Source of the DNA: Heteronotia binoei
Lineage: Eukaryota
Direction: 5' to 3'
Assembly: GCF_032191835.1 (NCBI RefSeq)
Contig: NC_083239.1
Span: 20,708,001 to 20,772,000, forward strand
Length of the DNA: 64,000 nucleotides
Positions 12,480-23,805 of the stretch are shown in pieces. Within the stretch, counting starts at the first letter, position 1; the number at the start of each line of letters is the position of its first letter. The notes beneath the pieces were generated by a model. That model worked only from the letters and a program-made list of their open reading frames with translations. It was not told the origin of the DNA and did not search any database. The translations under genes and the position numbers were made by a program.

Positions 12480-13400
12480 AATTAAGCCATTGGTGTGGAC
12501 ATGGTTAAAATGCTTCTTCCCTCCAAAGAGTTTTCCAGAACGGATGGGGACCGGGAACGAAGGCTGGTTGGGCCCAAGGAATCGCCCGGCATCCCTAACA
12601 CCACGTGGGAACATAATCTACAGCACAGGGAAAGAGCACGGCCAACCCGCCCTCCTACGAACTGCTCGTCGGGGGGTGAACCACGACGGCAAGTGAAGCT
12701 GCAGGGGACGGGGAGACAGCGGACTGCGCTACCCTTTCCGAGGCGGCCTACCGGCCCCCAGGAAGCTATTGAGACTCTCGGTCGGGGGCGGGGGGAACGG
12801 GAAAACAAAAGTGCGTCTGAGGAGACGAGACGCTCCATTCGTCCAGGCGTAGCGAGCCAATCCCCGTTGCTGTTTCGTGCCCCAAAACTGGCGGTCCAGA
12901 ACAGCAGAAACTGAAGAAAACGCCGGCCACCGCCCCGAGGCAGCCTCAAGAAGGGAAGGCCCAGCGGGGAGAGGGCTTGCTGGAAGGAGTCACCCCATGC
13001 GTGGTGGGAGGAGGGAAGGGAGGCTCTGGGCCCCAAGTGAAGCTAAGGGTCCGTCTCTCACCCATGACTGCGAGTCCCTTTCCCGCACGCGCGCTCCTGC
13101 CTTCCTTCCCTCCCTCCCTCCGGCAGCAGCTCCGGCGGCGACAATATGGCGGGCAGGGGAAGCCAGTCCAATGAGCCAAGCGGCCCGCGAGGGAGGATGG
13201 GGCTAAAGAGGAAGCCGAAGGCAGCCGAAAGGGGACAGAACGTCTCGGCGATCTCGGACTCCCGAGGCAGCCCGCGGGCCACGCCCCCTTTTAAAGAGAT
13301 AGGCGTTCAAGGGGCGGGAGCGAGGGTTGGAGGATGGGCGGGGGAGGAGGCATCATTGCGGCAGAGTCTGTCTCAAGGCACCGCAAAGACCATAGAAGTT
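12480..13400 (-). promoter_or_regulatory. CpG island / promoter of a leftward-transcribed gene
   Basis: High CpG density; YY1-like CCGCCATATTGT (13141-13152), CCAAT (13168-13172), GC boxes (about 13279-13288 and 13311-13320). Confidence 0.8.
13062..13065 (-). CDS. Putative 4-nt coding part of a first exon (ATG G | GTGAGA); downstream exons not found in the window; KPNA6 is a tentative candidate
   Basis: Minus strand reads GCAGTC ATG G|GTGAGA: strong Kozak context directly followed by a consensus donor inside the CpG island. Identity is inferred only from synteny and recalled exon structure. Confidence 0.55.
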
Positions 13401-13540
13401 TAAATCTTTGTCACAATAAATTTCCCATGACTTTCTGTTGCTACTTTATAGTGTGCACGAGAGGCAACTTAATTAACAAACAAGGTTGCGGCACCTTAAA
13501 GAAGCCGCGCGAGTGTAAATATATATCTAACACGCACTAA

Positions 13541-13813
13541 GAGCGCCAGTTTGGTGAAGTGGTTACGTGTGCGGACTCTTATCTGGGAGAACCGGGTTTG
13601 ATTCCCCACTCCTCCACTTGCAGCTGCTGGAATGGCCTTGGATCAGCCATAGCTCTGGCAGAGGTTGTCCTTGAAAGGGCAGCTGCTGTGAGAGTCCTCT
13701 CAGCCCCACCCACCTCACAGGGTGTCTGTTGTGGGGGAGGGAGATAAAGGAGATTGTGAGCCACTCTGAGACTCTTGAGTGGAGGGCGGAATATAAATCC
13801 AATGTCTTCTTCT
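13541..13813 (+). mobile_element. tRNA-derived SINE with L2-type 3' tail
   Basis: Box A TGGTGAAGTGG, box B GGTTTGATTCC; tail GTGAGCCACTCTGAG...GGGCGGAATATAAAT; a second copy lies inverted at 23231-23492. Confidence 0.85.
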
Positions 13814-14333
13814 ACTCCCTCACTATGTGCCTGTGTATATGAAAACAGTCCTGCAAGGCGGGTTCCCGGAGGATAGGGTTAAGGAAATTTATACCTGAGT
13901 TATGTGTAATGAGGTAGCAGAATGGAGCTGGCCTCTGTTGAATGACCCAAAACAAAAAAACATAGCAAGTAGAAAACTTATCTAGGTTCTCGGCACTTCT
14001 ATCGGCAGCACTGAAGTGCCACTAGAAGGGAACTATTAACCTTTGGAAAACATTTTTAAAAACAGCTTAATAAAAAGTTCTAGAGAACTTAACAGCTTGC
14101 ATGCTGCTTTGTGTTGTTAAGTGTGACCTGCAAGACCTCCTTATGACTCCAGACACACAAGAACTAAGATCTACCACGGAAAGGAAGCGATAACCTTGAG
14201 GTGCTTTGAAAATAGATATCTTTATGTATTTAGTTATATATTAAGGTGTGTGTATTTGGTGAGCTACACACAAGATCTACAGTAGTTCTATGTCTCTTTT
14301 TGGTTGATAGAAAATGCCAGTGTGTAAAACTAA

Positions 14334-14410
14334 GATATATATGGAGATATATATATATATGCATGTGTATATGTACATATATGTGCATATACATGTGTAT
14401 ATACATATAC
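14334..14410. repeat. Degenerate (TA/CA/TG) alternating purine-pyrimidine microsatellite
   Basis: gatatatatggagatatatatatatatgcatgtgtatatgtacatatatgtgcatatacatgtgtatatacatatac. Confidence 0.85.
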
Positions 14411-16439
14411 ACAGGATACTTTGTTTTAAAACCCCAAGCCTGTTTTTGTTATTTTTACATGTAAATAAGTGACTGACAAAAAAGCAATTAAGATAAAACT
14501 TTTGTTATTTAAGAAAACATTTAACTGTTTTTTTTCCTGGCAAGGCTAATGAATTAATCCTTTTTGCCAGGGATAATTACTGTTTCATGCACCAAGGAGC
14601 CAGGACCCAGATTAATGTAACTCCCAAGGAGCCAAGGATACAGAGCCCAGTTTAATGCAACTCCCTTTAGCTCTTGACTCATTCAGAACAAGATATTCTT
14701 CCTGCATTTTTTAACCTGTGCCTGTTATGGCATGAACAGGCATCAAACTGAGATTAAGGAGCTCTCACACATGCTGGGATCAGAGCAGTTGGACGTGAAT
14801 CAATCCCAATAAGGCATTGTCAATAGATGGTACCACATGCATCCAGCCACTTATTGTCAGTTACTTTATTTACTTCATTTACAGCCTGCCTTTGGCAATG
14901 AGACTCATGGTGAATTACCAAATGGATTTAAAAATTCAATCCAACGGCATACAATTGAGGCTCAATTAACATGCCAGTGTGCACAGCACTGGCATCCAGG
15001 AACCATTTAAAACAATATTACACCCTCCTAAATTCAGATTATTTGCCTTCTCCCCAAAAAGGATTCAAATCTGCATATAACACTGTACCTCTTCCATTTT
15101 ATTCTCACAGCACCAACACTGAAGGCACATTGGCTGAATGTGTGTGACTCGGCCAGAGTCATCCAGAGAGTTTCTGTGGCAGAGTGGGAACCAGAGTTTG
15201 GCTGTCCCAAATCCTAATCTATCTGATACGCCATGCTGCTTGTCAATGGATTCAGGAAGATGTAACTCTGGGTGGCAGTTCCTGCATTAAGTATCACCTC
15301 AGCCTTGTATTCATTCACTGACTCTAGGTTCCTAGGTTTTGACCACTGATTCTCCTATTTAGCCAAAATATGAGCATTATAATTGTGTCCTATCTCACAA
15401 GGCTGCTATAGGCTTAACACAAAAGGAAAAGTTTTAAGGAACGGAAATGAAACATGGGCAGATGAATCTGCCTTATACTGAATCAGACCTTTGATCCATC
15501 AAGGTCAGTTTTTTGCCCCAAATGGTCAGTACATAATTAGATAGGGTGAGGAAGATAATCAAGGAGGACAAGGAATAGGAAACCACCTCAGAATGTATCT
15601 TGCCTTGAAAACTGTATTGGGTCAGAAGACAGCTGTGACTTGACGGCAAAAAGTATAATTCTTCCCTTTAAAACTACCTCTTTCTCCTCCCAGATGGCAG
15701 AACAGCATGGCCTTTGCTGGATTAAGGACAGGCACCTTGGCAGCCCTAATGAAGGCAGAAAAGTAATATATACCTTTTGTAAACTAATAAATGGTCAAAC
15801 AGACCTTCTGCATTCCAGAACATAAAGAAGAGGGCTGCATCTTCTGAAACAGCCAAATGACCACAAGTGGGCACTGGACCATCAAAGAGAGTCCTGCAAC
15901 TCCCTTAAATATGATTTCTTGCATTTTGTCTTGAGGCTTATTCAGATCATTCTTCCTACTCATCTGAAAGTGCGTCCCAGTTTACAAAGCCAGAATAAAC
16001 ACACCTAGAAGGCTCGGGCTATGTTAATTTCTCATGATATAGTTGCTTGCATGGAAACCAGGCACTCCTTCTAAATCCTAACTGTACGGAGGACTAGCAG
16101 TGGCAAGAGAAAGGTAATCTGCAGGTGAACAGCCACATTCTCCTATTACGTGTCCCAGGGCTGAGTCCTGGCTTCAGATTCTGAGGCTCCCCTCCCCTTT
16201 ATATGTTCTGGCCTTCTGCTTAGCTTACTGACTGGTGAGCAAGGAGAAACCCACAGCAGACAGAAATGAAATGGAACTTCAGGAAGGACCCCCCCCCCCA
16301 CAGAAACATTTTAAGGTGTCCTTTTATTAAAATGTGCGTCACTGTTCTGTGTGGCTTGCTTTGCTGTTGTCTGGCTGTCAGAGTGTTTCCTGGGACAGCT
16401 GCTGTGGCCTCAGCACTTGAGCCCGACCTGGGGGAGACT

Positions 16440-16542
16440 TCAGGTTGTTCGTGGCCTGTGGCTCCCACCCATGGCAATGTAGACGTCAATGGGAACGTTG
16501 GGCAGGGTCAGGCAGTGGCACCCTGGACATCTTCGCAGCTGC
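16440..16542 (-). CDS. FAM229A: FAM229A last coding exon
   Basis: Acceptor TTTTTGGGCAG|G; encodes (R)QLRRCPGCHCLTLPNVPIDVYIAMGGSHRPRTT*, matching the FAM229 C-terminal motif; AATAAA at 16328-16323. Confidence 0.92.
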
Positions 16543-17179
16543 CTGCCCAAAAATAGAAAGGTGACAAAGAGATTATCCCCATGCTTCTTCAGGGCCTCGG
16601 CTGGGCCAATCCACACACATGATAGGAGGGATGATGAACATGATCCAGAATGGGAGATCATAAGGAATAAGTCCTCCCTTTCTTGCAGAGAAGCAGCCCA
16701 AGTAGCCAAAGCTCTGCCAGAATTTGAAAGTTAAGCAGGATGGGCTACAGTTAGTACTTAAATGGAACAACCACCAAGGAAGACTGTGGTTGGGACATGG
16801 AGAAAGGCAATAGCAAACCACCTCTATTGGTCTCTTAACTGAAATGCCCCATGACTTCCAGTTATGACACAATGACATTGTTGTTCTTGTAGAGATGAAT
16901 TTCTGAGCTTTATCATTATGGACCAGGAGTTCAACATACAAAGACTGCTAATCCATGCAATCTGCTAGGTCAACCTTGGACACAAGTCTTACACAATTCC
17001 TATTCTTTTTAAATGAACTTAATTTCAAGGGGGTTGTGCCCAAAATTAATCCACTTATTTATTCAGCAAGCTATGCAGGATTCACTATAAGGGGAAGCAG
17101 TGAGGGACACAAGGACAGATGGCTTTGGAAGAGACTTAGACAGTCCTGGCGAAGAAGAGGTCTATCAATAGCCTACTAG

Positions 17180-17355
17180 TCTTAGTCACTCCATAGTCAG
17201 AGGCAGTAATCCTCTAAATCTCAGAACACCAGAAGGCAATATCAGGGGAAAGGCCTTAGCTTCTATGTCTTATTTATTGACACACCAAAGCAACCAGTTG
17301 GCCACTGTGTGAAACAGCTCGTTGGACTACATGAACCGCTGGTCTGATCTAACAG
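17180..17355 (-). mobile_element. CR1 LINE 3' end fragment
   Basis: Shares the GGCCACTGTGTGA...TGGACTA...GCTGGTCTGATC 3' UTR with the CR1 at 43691-44023. Confidence 0.6.
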
Positions 17356-17504
17356 AGATCCTCTTACAGTTTTATGGGGCGGGGAGTGACAGGAGCATCT
17401 GGATTTTCCACTCAAAAGGTCAAAAAGGTGTCCATGTAGATGTGCTTTAAAGATGATATATCTAGCAAGACTTTCACACACAACCCCAAGGGCTGCCCAC
17501 AGGA

Positions 17505-17700
17505 CTTATAGCAGGCTAACCCAGTCTTATCAGATGTTGAAAGCTTAGCAGGGTTAGCCTTGGTTAATACTCAGATGGGAGACCACCAAGGAATTCCAGG
17601 ATTGCTATGCAGATGTAGGCAATGGCAAACCACCTCTGTTCATCTCTTTCCTTGAAAATCCTACAGGATCACCATAAGTTAGCTGTGACTTAACAGCAGG
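17505..17700 (+). mobile_element. 5S rRNA-derived SINE with Sauria/BovB-like tail
   Basis: Head AGCTTAGCAGGGTTAGCCTTGGTTAATACTCAGATGGGAGACC aligns with 5S rRNA box A to box C; tail GGCAATGGCAAACCACCTCTG...CCATAAGT. Confidence 0.75.
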
Positions 17701-17837
17701 AAAAAAGCTCATGTGAGGGAGTCCTGCATTGAACCTTCAATAGACAATTGTTTTTAAAGATGTTTTGAAAAGATACATGCAGATTCTATAAATGTAAAAC
17801 TAAAAGTTAAACTATTTATTGTAGGGATGCTTGCTTT

Positions 17838-18025
17838 TGCCCTGGATCACCCAGGCTAGCCTGATCTTGTCAGATCTCAGAAACCAAGCAGGGACTATCA
17901 AGGAAGTCCAGGAGTACTATACAGAGGCAGGCAATGACAAACCACCTCTGAACATCTCTTGCCTTGGAAACCTCAGGAGGGGTCATCATAAGTCAACTGC
18001 AACTTGATGGCACTTTCCACCACCA
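17838..18025 (+). mobile_element. 5S rRNA-derived SINE, internal deletion in the head
   Basis: CCCAGGCTAGCCTGATCTTGTCAGATCTCAGAAACCAAGCAGGG, then the same body and tail as 17505-17700. Confidence 0.7.
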
Positions 18026-18976
18026 CGTTTGCTTTCAGTGTATACTACAAGCACCATATTGGAATAACATGTAAAACAAAAGTCCCTTTCCGAACAGTCA
18101 CTTCCTTAACTGTCTCTGCACCTTGAAAATTAACTTATTCTAACATTGGACCATTTGCTCCTCTATGCCCCAATTTTCAGCTTTGTTCAGGCGAAGCATT
18201 ATTTGCTGAATTACTGCCAAATTTGGTGGTTGAGAAGAGGTAACTGGGTCTTGAACTACCACTGGAAGATTCAGCAGATGACTGCCATTTCTCCAGGGAT
18301 GCTGGAAAGAGATGGCAGTGATGGGTTAGGAAGAGGGAGAGTGCCACTCTTTTTGCCCACTTTCATTTTCATGTTCACTTGCACAGTGCAAGAAGTTGTA
18401 CAATCACCCAGCAATCTGCAATGGTTAGCCATAGAGCCAGTACAGAACCAAATGTAGGTCTATTAAAAAGCAAATGGTATATTAAGGTCTGTGGAAGGAG
18501 TCGGTGAGAGGGATGAGTGAAGGGAATGGCAAAGATTGGGGGAGGGGGTACTAAAGGGCTCCTCAGAGATGCTTAACAGAAAGGGAAGTGATAGAAGTGA
18601 GCAGCTGCCAGAAATCCAAGTGTGAACCACACAGAGATTCATGCCAGTGCACTAGAACAATCATGCAGGGTGTGCCTGTATCTTTATTATTTATAGTGAG
18701 GCTTTGTGTGTGCCATTTGCTAATAAAGGACTCACAACAACCAGCATTTGGACTATGGAAATGTTATGGATTATTAATCAGTATACCAGTTATGAGGCTG
18801 TATCTTTTCGATTATACACATAGGCATTCTTATACTGGTTGTTTGTTGATCTCTGCTTTTGAATGTTGACATTTTGGCTCTTTAATGGTAAAAGGTTGTT
18901 AACCTTCCCTGAGAACCACCATTCTGTGCACAGAACGGACCCTGGCATTGTTATTCCACTCCTACCCAATCCTTAC

Positions 18977-19095
18977 CTCGTCGCAGTGCGCTCAGGGGCA
19001 ACCGGCTCCTGGGTATCAGGGGCAGTTGCCAGGCTGGGAGAATCTCCTGCCTCTATGGGAAATCTCCGAGCTTGTGGGGTCTCTTGGGAGCTCAT
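18977..19095 (-). CDS. FAM229A: FAM229A first coding exon (from the conserved Met)
   Basis: MSSQETPQARRFPIEAGDSPSLATAPDTQEPVAPERTAT, then AG|GTAAGG (phase 2, matches the next exon); 119+103 nt = 73 aa + stop. Confidence 0.9.
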
Positions 19096-19391
19096 GTCCG
19101 AGCCCCAGACCTGTCTGATTAAAAGAAGAAGGATGAGTGGAATAAGGTCCCCCCAGTCCACTGCTGAGTTCCACATCAGATCCAGGCACTGTCCGAATAA
19201 AAGACCTAATGGAGGTCACAAAGCTGGTAGGGTTGAGCAACCTTGCAATGAAGTCTACAGGGTAGGAAATGCAGAAACTCCCAGGCAGTGGACAGGGCAC
19301 AACCACATCCTGGGAAATGGATAGCATATCTGTCTATAGCATTTCTACACTGATGATTGTTGGCGGCTGGGGGCTAGAAGTCAATGAGCCT

Positions 19392-19592
19392 TCACCTGGA
19401 TGGCCCAGACTAGCCCAACCTCATCAGATCTCAAAAGTTAAGTGGGATCAGCCCTGGTTAATATTTGAATGGGAGATCACCAAGGAAGAAGTCCAGGGTC
19501 ATGCAGAGGAAGGTGACTGGCAAACCATCCCTGAAATGTCTCTTGACAACCCTAGGGTTACCATAAGTTGCCTGCAATTTAACAGTAATTTC
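19392..19592 (+). mobile_element. 5S rRNA-derived SINE
   Basis: TAGCCCAACCTCATCAGATCTCAAAAGTTAAGTGGGATCAGCCCTGGTTAATATTTGAATGGGAGATCACC resembles 5S; same tail as above. Confidence 0.75.
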
Positions 19593-21445
19593 TACCACCC
19601 AATTCAACCTCCCCACCCCAACTCTACCGAAATAGCAGACGCTCATGTTTACAAGGAAAGTGCCCTTCTACCCTAGGTCTGGAAGCTTTCCTTTCTCATC
19701 CTAGTAAGGCTGCCCACCTTCTTTCCTTAAAAAACACCACCACAATGTGTCTTTGAACAGCAGAAGCAAAGCAGGAGAAGCTTTTCCCAGTATTAGAAGC
19801 TTCAGCACCTAGATTCTCAGAAAACCAGAAGATACAAAGGCAACATCCTCCCCACCCAGATATGTGGGGTGCCCTCCTCATTGCTGAAAAATGTTCTCAG
19901 GGGCATAAGCTCATTTGAGAACAAGGGGCAAGCATTCCAAAGAGGTTCAAGGCATTGCAGAAAGCTTGACTTAAGGCAAACCATCCTGTGAGATCCAATG
20001 GGCACAGCTTGGCCTCCAGATGCTTGCTGTCCCCAGCCATACCTATCAAAGGCGGTGGAGTGCTCCCTAGAGTCCACTGTGCAGCTTGAAAGAGCCTATT
20101 GCAAAGGGCAGGCTCAGACGGAGCCCAGAGAGAGGCAGCAACACTGCTGCATTGTGACCTGGACAGCAGTGCTTGCATCACAATGCATATGGGCCATGAC
20201 TTCTCTGTACTCCTCTAAAGCTCGGGAAGGAGCCCCCACTGGAGAACTTTCTGAGCCCTGTACAAACTTGGGAGCACTTTTCCCTCTTCCAAAACCACTT
20301 CCCTGTATCTCTTATACACTCCTGTATTAGATGAAGAGACCTTATATGTGTTCTGGAGCCCCCAGGAAGGTACTCAAATGGGGTGGGAACAGAAGGAAAT
20401 TCAGGTTCAAGTTTATGCCCTGCTTGGTTTGCTCTCCTCCATCTTCAGCCATGAAAAGAACTCCTTTCTCTACATCACCAGCACCAGTATCTTTTATCAC
20501 CTTCAGGTAAGAGCTTGCTTCCTCCTAAGGAGTGGCAGACATTAGCTGAAATTTTAATCTCCAGCAGTAACAGATGCTGGATTTTTAGCCATATGCCCTT
20601 AAAATAGTGCCCTCCTTTTCAACCCCTTTCTCTTAGGTAACTGCTCTTCCTCAATCACAGAGGTGAGATTAGAAAGTCTGATCTTGTTTCTGCCTTTGTT
20701 GAAGTTTGAGTGCATGTGTTCATATGAAGACGACGGAGAGACTGAACTCCAGGGATCTGTTCTTCTAACAGTTCTACTTTCCACAAGCTCAAGAAACTTT
20801 GTCCACCGACACAAAAGACTTCTGCTAGAAACATAAGTCTGCAGGGCCAGAGAAAAGCACCATTCTTAGCAGAATGGATTCCTGGAATTCAACCCAGTGC
20901 CTCCAAGAATACCAGGCAGCTATTACAGATGCAAACCATGTAGGAGTGTTTAGAAAGAGAAATACTGTGTTGTAAATCATGGGTCAGAACTGGATGAACA
21001 TGACAAAACCATTTATCTGCTGATGAACACAAAGGGAGAAGAACTGGTCTTCTAGACTGGAAATTTTGATGCAAGACATGGAGACATCTGGCAAAAAAAT
21101 AACTTTATATTGGCTGCATGGGCAGTGTCCAAGCTGGCTACTTCAGATTTACCAAGCATCAACAGCAGCCCAGTGTTCACTGATTTTAGAATGAAGTCAT
21201 AAGACAGCATGTAACGAACAAATCTTAGACTAACTGTGGCATAAAACCCCCATCTTCTGTCTAATAGTACTCAGAAGTCAACTTTAACAGAGATCGCTAG
21301 TTTTTAATTGAGGCAGCTGTCTGTAGCATCAGACTGCTGAAGCAGGGGCCTAGCAGACTCAAAACCTACCCCCCCCCCAAAAAAAAAAAGCAGTTCTTGT
21401 GCTTTTCTTGGCAAAGCAACACCTCTTAGCTCTGATACTCCTTAC

Positions 21446-21530
21446 CTGGGAGATTTTGTGTGGCCCCACATAAATCAGACCAATTTCGTTTACAACAGTA
21501 ACCAGCTGTCCTTCCAACCAGCTTTATATA
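21446..21530 (-). promoter_or_regulatory. Candidate FAM229A TATA box and first exon
   Basis: Minus-strand TATATAAAG (21530-21522) followed ~85 nt later by a consensus donor CAG|GTAAGG at 21446/21445; no transcript evidence. Confidence 0.4.
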
Positions 21531-22340
21531 TCCTACTCTTCCTCCAAAGAATTCAAAACATCAGAGGTTGATTAAGCTTGGAAGATAGCAACCTGCAAGC
21601 TTCATACCTAAACTGGGATTTGAACCCCATGCCTCACTCTGGCCATGCTCTCATGCCTGTCCTCTCTGGACTAACTAGTCCAACCATGGTTTCCCACCCC
21701 ATGCACTATATCCTGATTCCCCAGCATATTCCACAAACACAAATTCCATGGGAATCACCTCACTTGATAAGAGGGTTGAGGGAATCCGAATACTTACTCT
21801 TAAGACTTGCCCGATGTAACTAGACCCAAACCCTGCCACGCAGTCTCAAGCCAGCAGACTTCCATGGTGGAGAGAAAAAACAGAAACTTAACCTTCCATT
21901 TTCAGTGCTAACAACTAGCTGGCCTACCTACACTATATTACACACTACATTAATCTCTTACCCAAGGCCACAGCTGTAGGCCTCTTGGCAGGTTAACCCA
22001 TCACCCCCTGGAGGGCACTGTTGAGAGGCAAGCTCAAGGCCAGATTTTTGTCCTTTGGAGAAATATGAATGGCCTCTTCCCATTGGTGCAATCCCAATGC
22101 CTCTACCCCGTGGCCTTCGGGTAACACAAGATTGCATCACAATGAAAGCTCAAAGTTTTAACATGTCCAACCTCAGTTTCACCCCTCATCAAAGGACCTT
22201 GTCTAGGCAGGAAAAATGATCTAGCATTCTGGGCTGCTACCCATGCAGGCCCTGGTGTGAAAGGAGAAGGACAGCGATGTGTATACTTTGTGATGACATG
22301 ATGCCTTGAGAGGATGACCGATGAGCAGGTTAAAGATACG

Positions 22341-22485
22341 ATGGAGGAGTTCCTTCTCTCCCATGGTTACCAAGTGGGCAAAACCATTGGAGAAGGGACA
22401 TATTCAAAGGTCAAAGAAGCTTTTTCAAAGAAACACCAGCGAAAAGTGGCCGTGAAAATTATTGACAAAATGGGAGAACCAGAAG
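22341..22485 (+). CDS. TSSK3: TSSK3 coding exon 1 (testis-specific serine kinase 3)
   Basis: MEEFLLSHGYQVGKTIGEGTYSKVKEAFSKKHQRKVAVKIIDKMGEPE + G|GTAAG (145 nt, phase 1). An in-frame ATG at 22314 could add 9 aa. Confidence 0.96.
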
Positions 22486-23230
22486 GTAAGATGAAAGAGA
22501 AGAGCTGAGGATAAGCTCAATAAAGCAGATTGTCCTTGTGACAGGGACCTAGGACTGTTTCCAGGGGGCAGATTTTTCTGATGAATGCTTCCATTGCAGA
22601 TATGGTTTCCTTTGATCAATCCAGATACTGCTCTTGCAAATAAACCTTTTCCAAAAAGTGGTTGGATTGCCCCTGCAGATACACGCCTCATTAGATTTGA
22701 CTGTTTTTTCCATCAAACAAGTTGCTTCCAGGTTGCTGAGAAATTTTCCTTGCAGCGTTTGTTAATTCTGCAGCCTTCTCACACAGTCTTTGGCCATGCA
22801 TTCATCCCTCAAACATAGATAATTTTTGCCAATGACAATTGGCTACTGCTATATTTAAGGAGTCCTAGAATAATCGGAGGCATCTTGACCCTTTGTTGGG
22901 AAACATGGAGGAGGTCCTTTAATTGCCATCTTCCTGCACAGGAACTGCCTTTGCATTAGTATTTAAATGAACCAAGCATATGCGGGGAGGGGAGGAGAAT
23001 GCACAACTGCACAGGAAACATTGATAGAATTTTCTGTGGTTAACACTGCCCAGGTAGCACTTGCCCACATGGTGAGGGTTAATTTACATGCTAGTATATA
23101 ACAAACTCGTTACAGGACAGGTATGCCAGACATTGATAACACCAGCTTCCGCCAAGATTGACCCAGAATTCATGGGCATTTGAAGGGCACTCTTAGCTTT
23201 GTGCCTGACTGAGCTTGGATCTTAATTTTA

Positions 23231-23492
23231 GAAGAAGGCGGCATTGGATTTATATCCCGCCCTGCACTCCAAATCTCAGAGTGGCTCACTATCTTTCTCC
23301 CCCACAACAGACACTCTGTGAGGTGAAGGAGGCTGAGAGAGCTCTCCCAGAAGCTGCCCTTTCAAGGACAATCTCTGCCAGAGCTATGGCTGACCCAAGG
23401 CCATTCCAGCAGGTGCAAGTAGAGAAGTGGGGAATCAAATCCAGTTCTCTCAGATAAGAGTTTGCACACTTAACTACACCAAATTGGCAGTT
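23231..23492 (-). mobile_element. tRNA-derived SINE with L2-type tail in the TSSK3 intron
   Basis: Reverse complement of the family at 13541-13813, with boxes A and B retained. Confidence 0.85.
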
Positions 23493-23734
23493 CAAAACCT
23501 ATTCCTGGGTCATATTTCAGACTAAACTGCCCACATGCCATGCTTTTATTTAAAATATGTATTTTTATAGCACTCAAGCTTAAGAGACTGAAAGGTGGAC
23601 TTAACAACTTTGCAATTGCTTGATAGATTCCCGCATATTTCTTCAGTTCCTGAAGACAGTATCTATTCAGATTATGCTACAGAGAGTGGTCAGATTCACC
23701 ATGTTGGAACTTAAGGCAACAGCCATAACACTTA

Positions 23735-23805
23735 AGAACATAAAATAAGCCATGTTGGGGCAGGCCAATGACCCATCTAGTCCAACACTCTGTCACATAG
23801 AGGCC
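23735..23805 (-). mobile_element. CR1 3' tail fragment
   Basis: TAAGAACATAA...CCATGTTGGGGCAGGCCAATGACCCATCTAGTCCAACACTCTGTCAC. Confidence 0.7.

Noticed and set aside
12482-13403. Several overlapping 65-184 aa ORFs
   Set aside because: Expected from stop-poor CpG-island sequence; no domain similarity or splice support.
14592-14665. Imperfect ~35-bp direct repeat (CCAAGGAGCCA...AATGYAACTC)
   Set aside because: Only two units, with no spacers; a simple tandem duplication, not a CRISPR array. No CRISPR array was seen anywhere in the window.
17515-17600. Possible 5S rRNA genes (also at 17850 and 19400)
   Set aside because: Partial, diverged and fused to a SINE body and tail.
20449-20506. Plus-strand exon-like segment with good splice sites and an ATG (MKRTPFSTSPAP...) upstream of TSSK3
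   Set aside because: Ends in phase 2; no convincing phase-compatible acceptor before TSSK3 exon 1, and it is out of frame with exon 2. Could be a non-coding exon but is unsupported.
21436-21450. U1 snRNA-like TACTCCTTACCTGG
   Set aside because: No further U1 similarity; it is the reverse complement of a splice donor.
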